Origin: Patescibacteria group bacterium
GTDB taxonomy: Bacteria > Patescibacteriota > Minisyncoccia > Minisyncoccales > Staskawiczbacteraceae
Direction of reading: 5' to 3'
NCBI GenBank assembly: GCA_018895235.1
Contig: JAHIOM010000010.1
Coordinates: 2,406-66,405 of the forward strand
DNA length: 64,000 nt
Part shown: positions 36,901 through 43,814 of the stretch, piece after piece
Layout: each line of letters begins with the position of its first letter
How positions within the stretch are numbered: position 1 is the first letter of the stretch
Translations under genes and position numbers: made by a program
The notes under the pieces: generated by a model
Database searches by the model: none
What the model saw: the letters and a program-made list of their open reading frames with translations, nothing else
Told to the model about the DNA's origin: nothing

Positions 36901-37733
36901 AATTGAATTTTACCTTTATTTTTGATTAAAACTGGTTCAGAACCTAAAATGCTTTTTCCACTACCCGCCTTGGCGAAAACGACTGAATTCGCATTCTCTA
37001 AACTGAATCTATCAAACAAAATAAGAGAATTATTGTGACGATTAACTCCGTAAAGAATCCCTTCATTAGAACTTAAATCAAAAGAAATAAAAGGAAAAGC
37101 AGTTGAGAGGGGCGCTGTATCCATTGGCACGTGAATATCAATAAGGTCTAAACCGTAAGGGTTGCAAGAAATAAATCCCTCCCTTTGTTTATAAAGGGCA
37201 GGTTTAATATAAATTAAACGAGATTCAAAAATAGACCTTAAAGTAAGTTCGGTATCTTTTAAGGTTTTTTCTGTGTTTTCATAGATGGTAATATACAGGC
37301 CGAAACGGAACATTCTTTCTTGGGCTGTTTGCAAAGAATCTCGCAGCGCTTCAATATTTTGGTAAGCCATTTGCAGAGCTGGATCGCGGATTAGTCCTTT
37401 TTCTTCTCTTTCCATAATTTCAGAAGAAACCTCAGTAACCTTTTTCCTTAACTTTTTTAAAATCAATTCAGTGCTAATGGGGTGGATATGAAAAGAAATA
37501 TCCATCGGCGTGTTTAAATTAATAACCGGGGATAGCCAGCCGGTATTTAGATATCTTGGGTAAGAAAATATAAAAAAAGACCGAGATAATCGTTCCCCCA
37601 GCTTTAGATGGTTCTGTTCAACCCCCACATAAGGAGGGGCAATTATATCTCTCACATCAAAAGCTTCCTCTTCAAAGATTTTCTCTATGCTTTCTTCCTC
37701 TTTCTTTTTTAAAAAAGGTAACTCAAATTTCAT
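33936..37733 (-). CDS. virB4: VirB4/TraC-type T4SS ATPase interrupted by an intein (260-aa N-extein + 666-aa intein + 339-aa C-extein)
   Basis: N-extein ends FAKAGSGK and the C-extein starts SYAIKLEILRY, so splicing restores Walker A GSGKS. Walker B RILVVDEAWW. N-terminal ...FIFSYPRYLNTGWLSPV... is typical of VirB4. Confidence 0.85.
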   Translation of the reverse strand: MKFELPFLKKKEEESIEKIFEEEAFDVRDIIAPPYVGVEQNHLKLGERLSRSFFIFSYPRYLNTGWLSPVINLNTPMDISFHIHPISTELILKKLRKKVTEVSSEIMEREEKGLIRDPALQMAYQNIEALRDSLQTAQERMFRFGLYITIYENTEKTLKDTELTLRSIFESRLIYIKPALYKQREGFISCNPYGLDLIDIHVPMDTAPLSTAFPFISFDLSSNEGILYGVNRHNNSLILFDRFSLENANSVVFAKAGSGKSILGSEPVLIKNKGKIQLLKIGPVIEKLIKKQGLTKIDEELEGVINPDIEVYAFNKELKGEWSKVSVAARKKATDVFYKFKTRSGREITTTGDHNMLILKNGTITVSKSSEVIKGEYVPLPRNVSASGSPIKFLNLLEILKKSKNVYVTGGENLIKENYQILKKSILNKKLDKYLYKYKENRVIPIDYFWKILDFLKIEATCLILKDIKIVSKTGEKRCTYPVDFPVTTDFLKLLGLICAEGTITERAVIITNIDMEVLGALDASLKKCEVPFFYGNKGIIISSRIFIEIIKALGGKNKSGQKKVLPFIFNLEKEKIASYISGYFEGDGGVEKGGICAVSKSKKLISEIAYLLFYFGVIGRISKTKKKTTNSNWKRKRIYWKISISGQDNLRKFAENINFISERKRKQLSEIIQKEGNTNVDLIPGLELIFQEIYRLFGFQLHGIPEISEWKREVRHPSPQNLQKIITKIEEKIQHFKNSHSTFKTLEELPNLSTVISLGKNNKELNRALWQTLGQSWRIMKNQEVEPRSNNVLKAIEVINGNSFYLENIKSAIHLGFREMELPIKYYNCSLQTALIERPASNTCYGMIQKSAQFIWENYQSILTNNIPKVEEKLKQLKILANSELFWDPITEIKKIENKKEKYVYDLTVDNEVFLAGQAGMFVHNSYAIKLEILRYLMQGIDVIVIDPENEYEALADAVGGSFFKISLTSPHQLNPFDLPVPAEGENKEDVLRSNIINLVGLLRIMLGGLSPEEDSIIDQALTETYAIRDITPESEPETWQENIPLMSDFEEVLESMSGAESLVRRIKKFTKGTYADFFNQRSNITMDKNMIVFGIRDMEESLRPMALYIVMRYIWNVVRSKLKKRILVVDEAWWLMQTTEGASFLFGLAKRARKYWLGVTTITQDVADFMKSDYGQPIITNSSMTLLLKQSPATIDVVQKVFNITEQEKYILLEAAVGEGIFFAGRKHVAIQIVASSTEDRIITTAPEEILNIRAAKKRMEGQ
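34956..36953 (-). mobile_element. intein with LAGLIDADG homing-endonuclease domain, inserted in the VirB4 P-loop
   Basis: Starts SILGSEPVLI (Ser1). Block B is ITTTGDHNML. LAGLIDADG motifs LLGLICAEGT and ISGYFEGDGG. Ends VYDLTVDNEVFLAGQAGMFVHN followed by +1 Ser. Confidence 0.85.
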
Positions 37734-37740
37734 AGGGTTG

Positions 37741-38409
37741 TTATTTAATTAACTCTGGAAGTATTTCGGGATAATAACCTATTTCAGCTTGTTCGGGGTG
37801 ATGAATAGCCCAGAAAAGTTCAATCAATTCAGCTGTAGTTAAAGGTATAGCTTCTAAGCCGCATCGCCTTAATCCCATAGCCAAAAATTCCATTCTTTGC
37901 CATAATTGGGTTTTGCATCTCTGGAAATCAGCATCGGTCATTGTATTTGCCGGTTGTTTGTCTTTTTTGCCGAATAATTTACTTAGGCCGAATTTTTTTG
38001 TCATACCCCTAACTCCCAGCGCCTCCATTAGAGTATATGGGACTACCGTATAAAAGTTTTTTGTCATAATAGTATCACCCTGAACCAATTGTTTTATAAA
38101 CTCGCGGTAAGAGGCGGTTTGTTCTTTTAACAATTCACTTGTTTGTCTTTCTTCTAAATCCTTTAGTTCATCTAAATAGGGCGTGATATTTATATTTCTT
38201 GATTGGATAATAATCTGGCAGGAAAAGTCCAAACTATTTAAAAAGTTTTGAAAAGCATAAATAATAGCTGTTTGTTCATCATCGGATTTTAGAGCAAAAT
38301 TTAAAGAAGAGACCATTAAAACCCCCCTTAAACCCTGGTTCTTTAAGATTAATATTCCTTCTCTGATATCTTGTACCTCTAAAAAATCTTGGGTAGATGC
38401 ATCTGGCAT
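37741..38409 (-). CDS. T4SS-associated protein resembling the extreme N-terminal domain of Gram-positive VirB4 proteins
   Basis: TQDFLEVQDIREGILILKNQGLRGVLMVSSLNFALKSDDEQTAIIYAFQNFL. It ends 7 nt upstream of the virB4 ATG. No TM and no P-loop. Confidence 0.45.
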   Translation of the reverse strand: MPDASTQDFLEVQDIREGILILKNQGLRGVLMVSSLNFALKSDDEQTAIIYAFQNFLNSLDFSCQIIIQSRNINITPYLDELKDLEERQTSELLKEQTASYREFIKQLVQGDTIMTKNFYTVVPYTLMEALGVRGMTKKFGLSKLFGKKDKQPANTMTDADFQRCKTQLWQRMEFLAMGLRRCGLEAIPLTTAELIELFWAIHHPEQAEIGYYPEILPELIK

Positions 38410-38436
38410 AGTTTTTATATAAACAGTTTGCTACTT

Positions 38437-38847
38437 CTACTTTATTTTTAATTCCACTTTCGTCCTTAGCTTTTTCAAGCCACTTTTTTGGCCAATTTTC
38501 AGTGTTTTGTCTTCCTCAATTTTTTTAATCTCTGGCCTGCGTATAGTTTTAAAAGGGTAAAGAGATTCTTTTTTCTTCCAAGTGTAGTTTTTAGCGCCGG
38601 TTATAAATCCAATTGAATTTAATAGAACCGTTAGCAATGGTATGCCGTTTATCTTAAAAAATCCCAATAAAACAGCGCTTCCGCCTACAATTATAGCGGC
38701 CACTATAAATAAAAAGAAGGGAAGAATAGCATAAAGAATAAAAAGAATTGCCCCGGCTATAACAAGATAAACAAACTGTTTGACAGTAAGGAAAAAAGCC
38801 ATTCTTGCTTCTTCTTCAATAAACTGGGGGACTGGGTATTGTTCCAT
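38437..38847 (-). CDS. PrgI-family (VirB3-like) membrane protein
   Basis: MEQYPVPQFIEEEARMAFFLTVKQFVYLV followed by two TM segments, which is the PrgI-family signature layout. Confidence 0.7.
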   Translation of the reverse strand: MEQYPVPQFIEEEARMAFFLTVKQFVYLVIAGAILFILYAILPFFLFIVAAIIVGGSAVLLGFFKINGIPLLTVLLNSIGFITGAKNYTWKKKESLYPFKTIRRPEIKKIEEDKTLKIGQKSGLKKLRTKVELKIK

Positions 38848-38915
38848 GTTTATATATTATAGCACAGCAAAAAAAACAATAGTAAAATTGAGTTGTGAAG
38901 AAGTTCCCAAAATAT

Positions 38916-38944
38916 TTGACAAAAATATAGATAGATGATATAAT
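38916..38944 (+). promoter_or_regulatory. sigma70-type promoter (TTGACA-N17-TATAAT)
   Basis: AAATATTTGACAAAA context is shared with the promoter at 39811. AAGGAG lies upstream of the ATG at 39015. Confidence 0.7.
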
Positions 38945-39014
38945 CCAGCATTACCAAGAAATGGTTTCTTGGTAATATCGCACACTGACAACTTAATATA
39001 GAAGGAGAATTAAA

Positions 39015-39227
39015 ATGATTATCTCAATATATCTAGCTTTGGCTTGTCTAATTATTTTGCTTTTGGTTTTTTCTTTTACAAGACTTTTAAAACCACGATG
39101 CCCTGTTTGCCATAGCAGGCAATATTCGTTGGTGGATCAGTTCACCGGTTGGGACCGCACCAGTGAGGTTTATAATTATTGTTGCAATTCATGCGGTGCC
39201 AAGTTTCAGGTACACAAAAACTATTAA
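39015..39227 (+). CDS. TM-anchored zinc-ribbon mini-protein (paralog 1)
   Basis: N-terminal TM, then CPVC...(29 aa)...CNSC. 70 aa. Confidence 0.6.
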   Translation: MIISIYLALACLIILLLVFSFTRLLKPRCPVCHSRQYSLVDQFTGWDRTSEVYNYCCNSCGAKFQVHKNY

Positions 39228-39316
39228 ATTTAAAAATTGGTGATGTTATTGCAATGAGGTTTTTGATGTTTGATGTATTTCTACATGGCGTTAAACCACC
39301 CAGAAAGGAGAACAAT

Positions 39317-39550
39317 ATGAACACCTACATAGTTATTCCGGTTGTTGTTGCTGCTACTGTTTTTTTATTGGTTTTACTCTTGGTTTGTCGGGGAAAGCGA
39401 TGTCCCCACTGCAAGAGCGGCCCAGAGTTTCATCGGCAAATTAAACAGCACGTCGATTATAATGGGCCTCACTCCTTTTACAGATATAGTTGCAATATAT
39501 GTGGTACCGAATTTGATGTAAAACATAGGAGTAAGGGTTTGATGACATAA
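39317..39550 (+). CDS. TM-anchored zinc-ribbon mini-protein (paralog 2)
   Basis: Start moved to the ATG at 39317, preceded by AAGGAG. MNTYIVIPVVVAATVFLLVLLLV, then CPHC...CNIC. Same architecture as 39015..39227. Confidence 0.6.
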   Translation: MNTYIVIPVVVAATVFLLVLLLVCRGKRCPHCKSGPEFHRQIKQHVDYNGPHSFYRYSCNICGTEFDVKHRSKGLMT

Positions 39551-39703
39551 GAGACAACCCCCATTGTTTTATTGTCAATATAACCCGTTTTGTATTCTTA
39601 AATGTCTAGAGAGGAGGCGTTTGGAATTGTATAGCAAAAGATTCGTCCAAACAATGAAGTATGCTTTCTTCTAAACCAACTGTAAGTCGGTCAGCAATCT
39701 TAA

Positions 39704-39740
39704 GGCGCTCCGTTTTAAAACGAAGCGCTCTTTTTATTTT
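39704..39740 (+). terminator. intrinsic terminator
   Basis: GGCGCTCCGTTTT/AAAACGAAGCGCT stem with one mismatch, followed by CTTTTTATTTT. Confidence 0.6.
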
Positions 39741-39810
39741 GATCTTTAATATATAAAACAAAAACAAATTAATATTAAAGTTAAGGATAATATAAACACA
39801 GGCAAAATAT

Positions 39811-39839
39811 TTGACAAAACCTAATCTAGGTGATATAGT
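39811..39839 (+). promoter_or_regulatory. sigma70-type promoter (TTGACA-N17-TATAGT)
   Basis: AAATATTTGACAAAA, then TATAGT at 39834-39839. AAGGAG lies upstream of the ATG at 39906. Confidence 0.7.
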
Positions 39840-39905
39840 TTATATATTAAGAAGTGATTTCTTAACGGGATTGTAATTTAACAACTTTTATAAGGAGAAA
39901 AAGTA

Positions 39906-41168
39906 ATGTTGAGAAAGAATCCAGCAGTGTGGTCTTTATTGGGAATTGTGGTAGCGGTAATTTGTCTTTATTTTCTACCCAGTTGGTGGTTGTTTTGGTG
40001 TTTAACACTTTTGATTTGCACGAGTTTCCTTTTTCTAAGATTTACTATCGTAGAAGAGGGAACAGCCAAAGCAGTGATGATTTTAGGGAAATTTTCAAAA
40101 ATTATCTTCCAATGGGAAGACCATTGGATAGATACCGATTGGAGTATTTGGAAAAAACAAAAAGAGGGGGAAGAAAGGGAAAAAGGAAGCGAGAATAAGA
40201 TAGAAAAACGAGTTTGGGGTCGAATTTTAGGTGGATCATGGATTTATTTTTGGCCTTTCCAAAAAATCCATCAATATAAACATCGATGGACAGATATAAG
40301 GTTAAAAGATAGCAGGATGGAGGTTGAGTTTCATGAAGAAGATGGTTTTGGGCATGTGTTATTAAAACCAGCAGTTTATGCTTTTAAACTTACTGCCGTT
40401 GAAACTAAACCACCAGAAAGAATACCGGTGGACGTGTTATTTCTCGTAACCTTACGAATAACAAACCCTTACTCATTTTGCTTTATTGCACCCCCAACTC
40501 CGATAGAGGACATTTTAGCAAGAGTTTCAGCAGAAGCAAGAGCGCTTGTGACTGCTTGTCTAATAGATGACCTTTTACAATTAAAAGGAGCATCTCTTTG
40601 GAAATTACTAACAGAAGCAAAAGTAATCGAGGATACTTTGCAAAAGTGGGGCGTGCAGCTCGCGGAAAAAGGAATTGAGATTAAAGAAATTAATCTCCCA
40701 CCGGATTATCAGAAAGCTGCAGCTTCTGGGCAAGAGCAAAGGTTGCGGGCGAAAGGCACAGCCACCCAGACAATAGGAGCAATGGTGGCAATGATTGCTG
40801 AGGCCACTGGCCAAGATGTCGAAGTTATACAGGGAGAATTCCAAAATCCCGAGGCAGCTTTTAAAAAGTATGAAAAGTTAATCCAAGTCAATCTGGATTT
40901 CATTCAACGGCATATGGCCATTGACGGCGATGCTTTTATAGACATTAGAACCCAGAATCCTTTTTTAGATCTGTTGGCTCTCTGGAAAAAAATACCTGAT
41001 GGCAAAGGAATGCCAGGTAGTAATAAATCTTCTGCCGGAAGTGAGAGTGACAAAATTAAAGGCAAAAAAGAGAATGCGAACAGCCCAGAGAATGACCCGA
41101 AAGGTCCTCTACCCGAACATTTAAAAAAAGAATTGGCGAAATGGGAAGATAAACACAAAAAACCCTAA
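39906..41168 (+). CDS. SPFH/band-7 (stomatin/prohibitin-like) membrane protein with an inserted segment
   Basis: Two N-terminal TM segments, then IVEEGTAKAVMILGKFSKI (SPFH start). Later EINLPPDYQKAAASGQEQRLRAKG, an SPFH C-terminal helix region. Confidence 0.55.
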   Translation: MLRKNPAVWSLLGIVVAVICLYFLPSWWLFWCLTLLICTSFLFLRFTIVEEGTAKAVMILGKFSKIIFQWEDHWIDTDWSIWKKQKEGEEREKGSENKIEKRVWGRILGGSWIYFWPFQKIHQYKHRWTDIRLKDSRMEVEFHEEDGFGHVLLKPAVYAFKLTAVETKPPERIPVDVLFLVTLRITNPYSFCFIAPPTPIEDILARVSAEARALVTACLIDDLLQLKGASLWKLLTEAKVIEDTLQKWGVQLAEKGIEIKEINLPPDYQKAAASGQEQRLRAKGTATQTIGAMVAMIAEATGQDVEVIQGEFQNPEAAFKKYEKLIQVNLDFIQRHMAIDGDAFIDIRTQNPFLDLLALWKKIPDGKGMPGSNKSSAGSESDKIKGKKENANSPENDPKGPLPEHLKKELAKWEDKHKKP

Positions 41169-41176
41169 AAAGGGGA

Positions 41177-41209
41177 AAGGGTTAAACCTCTCGGTTTAAC
41201 CCTTTTTTT
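41177..41209. terminator. bidirectional intrinsic terminator
   Basis: AAGGGTTAAACC tctc GGTTTAACCCTT TTTTT, a perfect 12-bp stem between convergent genes. Confidence 0.85.
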
Positions 41210-41231
41210 ATTGGTCATTAATACTTATTCC

Positions 41232-41801
41232 TTATTCAATCGGTTCTCTATAAATATCTGATGATTTTTGGGATGGTTTTGATTTTTCAGAAGTTTCTAT
41301 CGTTTTTCTAATTTTTTCAACGCTTTTTGATTTTCCTTGTTTTTTTCCAATGATATTCTCTTCTGCAATTTTACCTTCATTATTATTTGTAGGAAGCGGT
41401 TTTATTATTAGTAAATCTTCTTCCATCGGGAAACTTTTTTTTTGTAAGATGGTTTTCGAGGGAAAAGCAACCTCTGGTCTGATTGTAATTTTTTTAGCAA
41501 AAGAAACAATTTTTTCCTTAATTTCTTTTATTAATTTCTCCGCGGTTTCTTTGGGTATATCTAATTGTTTTTGGAGAGAAGAAACCAGATCTTTTTCTGA
41601 AAGTTTATTTTCGGCAATATTTTTTGCGGCGTCCCTTATAATAATTAGCTTAGAAGGTTTCCCTTTGGTTCTTTTCTCGCAGCTTTCTTCTGGTGTTTCT
41701 TCTAGACCGTTATTTTTTAGAATACTAAAAATAACATCAACTATAGTTATATCTTCTGGTAGTGAAAAAACAATTTTTTGATTATTGTTGGGTCCCGGCA
41801 T
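41232..41801 (-). CDS. hypothetical Lys/Glu-rich protein downstream of the VirB6-like gene
   Basis: 189-aa ORF with no recognisable motif. Confidence 0.45.
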   Translation of the reverse strand: MPGPNNNQKIVFSLPEDITIVDVIFSILKNNGLEETPEESCEKRTKGKPSKLIIIRDAAKNIAENKLSEKDLVSSLQKQLDIPKETAEKLIKEIKEKIVSFAKKITIRPEVAFPSKTILQKKSFPMEEDLLIIKPLPTNNNEGKIAEENIIGKKQGKSKSVEKIRKTIETSEKSKPSQKSSDIYREPIE

Positions 41802-41832
41802 ATTTTTGAATTAAGATTATTAAAAATATATA

Positions 41833-43593
41833 TTATAGCGAATCAATGGCATTAATTTTATCAGTTAATTCTCTGCCCGTTGGCGTAGTGGATCCAGCAG
41901 CATAACGCATAGCTCTAATATCACCCAGATAACTTTTAAGCTTGTCTATTTTAGCCTGTGACATTTCTTCTCCCGATTTGCTAATTTTTTTAGCGCTTAC
42001 ATTTCTTATAAGGTTTATATTTACGGCGATATCGGATAGGTTTCTTATTTCGCCGACACTAAGTTTTGCGTAGGAATCCGAAACTGCTCGATCTTCGGCT
42101 TGGGTTCTATTAAGGCCGGGAGTTGTTTGCATTAATTCATTCACTTTTCTATCATTCAGTCGTCTTAATTCAGGATTTTTCTTTTCCGCTTCTTTTACAT
42201 CAAAGCCACTAGCTACGGCTGCCCTGTAGTTTGCTACCGCACGAGGATTATATTGTGCATTACTTGGATCAAATATAAGTTTTCCTTCTTGAGCTGCTTT
42301 TACGGCGCTGGCTTCTATATCTTCTCTTTTCAGTCCCGGCCTTAATCCTCTGGCTCCAGCACGACTAACCACTTTATCTGGGTTTTGTGCGTAATCTGCA
42401 TCCGCTCTCGCAGAGGCTTCTTTGCCTCTTTTTTCTTGTTTTTGGGTTAATGTTCCTGGAGAAATCCAACCCATTCGTTCCTGTGCCCCTGTTTTCCAAT
42501 CGCCTAACTTTTGGCCGATTTTTGAGTCCTTGCCAAGTGCTTTACTCCCTACTGCTTTACCAGCTTTCAAGGAACCCCTGCCGACTGCTTTTGCAACACT
42601 TATTCCAATTGCTGCTCCGATTGCAGATGATTGCAAAGTGAATAAAAAACCGATTATCATTATACAGCCCGGCAGTAGGAACTCAAAAAAATCTTGGAAT
42701 AAAGATACGCCACCTATATCTACTGATGAAGAAGGTGCCGCCATTATCTTTATTGAATTTGATGCTAAATAAAGCGTGAATCCAGCCGGTATCCCGATAA
42801 TGCACCATTGTAAAAAATTATTCCACCACATTTTAAAATATTGTTTTGTAAAAGGGAAAATATAACAAACAAAAGCAATGGGCGAGAAAATAACCAATAT
42901 CATAAGCATAATATGTCTTGCTGTGAATAAAAAAAAGAAAAGGAACAAAACAAAACCCGCCATAATATTAAAAAAAGTATAACTCATGGATATCATAAGA
43001 TTTGTGACGGGGCCTTTATCCCATTTTAACGCACCCCATTGCGTTTCCCAAGCAGGAATTGTATAAAACCTTCCCGTTCCAAGAAAGTGTTTTGTCGCTA
43101 TATTTGAAGCATCAATTATTACCCCGCAAATTACAGGAGAAAAATTAATCAAAATAGCTACTATAATTAAAGGCGCTAAAAGTTTTTGGGCCTGATATTC
43201 TTTCATTCTTAATATAGTTGCTATAGCAACGGCCACAAAGCCCAGCACAATAATCATATTCGCAATATCCCTGACTATTGTCCACCCAGCCTTGACCATT
43301 TCGTTATTGTCAGGCATGTAACCGCTGCTGATTTTGATTACCGCGCTAAAAAGTATATCACCAAGAGTAGCAAACAGCCAAGAGATCCCCATATATAAAA
43401 TACTGAAGCCAAAAATAAGTGCGTTAAATAGGTTATCTGTTACTGATTTGGGTATATCAGGGATAATGTGTCGCCAGGTGAAAAATAGTAAATCCCACCA
43501 ACTCCATTCTTTATCGGTAAAAATTTTAGCATTAACAAATTGAGGTAGAACAACAAGGGCAATTAAAAATAAAAATAAAATTTTTTTATTCAT
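41833..43593 (-). CDS. polytopic membrane protein, VirB6/TrbL-like candidate, with a ~230-aa soluble C-terminal tail
   Basis: Signal-like N-terminus and at least 6 hydrophobic segments across aa 50-340, with a Trp-rich loop. Size and context fit VirB6/PrgH-type T4SS channel proteins. No sequence motif verified. Confidence 0.45.
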   Translation of the reverse strand: MNKKILFLFLIALVVLPQFVNAKIFTDKEWSWWDLLFFTWRHIIPDIPKSVTDNLFNALIFGFSILYMGISWLFATLGDILFSAVIKISSGYMPDNNEMVKAGWTIVRDIANMIIVLGFVAVAIATILRMKEYQAQKLLAPLIIVAILINFSPVICGVIIDASNIATKHFLGTGRFYTIPAWETQWGALKWDKGPVTNLMISMSYTFFNIMAGFVLFLFFFLFTARHIMLMILVIFSPIAFVCYIFPFTKQYFKMWWNNFLQWCIIGIPAGFTLYLASNSIKIMAAPSSSVDIGGVSLFQDFFEFLLPGCIMIIGFLFTLQSSAIGAAIGISVAKAVGRGSLKAGKAVGSKALGKDSKIGQKLGDWKTGAQERMGWISPGTLTQKQEKRGKEASARADADYAQNPDKVVSRAGARGLRPGLKREDIEASAVKAAQEGKLIFDPSNAQYNPRAVANYRAAVASGFDVKEAEKKNPELRRLNDRKVNELMQTTPGLNRTQAEDRAVSDSYAKLSVGEIRNLSDIAVNINLIRNVSAKKISKSGEEMSQAKIDKLKSYLGDIRAMRYAAGSTTPTGRELTDKINAIDSL

Positions 43594-43770
43594 TTTTTAA
43601 AAAGAAAAAAGAAAGTTTTTTAATTTTTTCGTATACACATAAGTACGTTACAAGAGTTAAATTATTTCTTTATTATATCATACGTTAAAAACAACAGACA
43701 ATGTCAACTCCGTAGTAATAGAATTTCGTAAATAAAAAACAAACATTCATCTTTATTGTATATTATATAT

Positions 43771-43800
43771 AAAAAAAATGGCAGAGGGTTATCCCCTGCC
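43771..43800 (-). terminator. intrinsic terminator of the TolB-like gene
   Basis: The minus strand reads GGCAGGGG ataa CCCTCTGCC followed by a U-run (plus-strand A8 at 43771-43778). Confidence 0.7.
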
Positions 43801-43814
43801 AAAACTTTTGTAGG

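Noticed and set aside
39179-39316. N-terminal 46 codons of track ORF 39179..39550.
   Set aside because: This part overlaps the 3' end of 39015..39227 in another frame. An AAGGAG-preceded ATG at 39317 gives a protein with the same TM + zinc-ribbon plan as its paralog.
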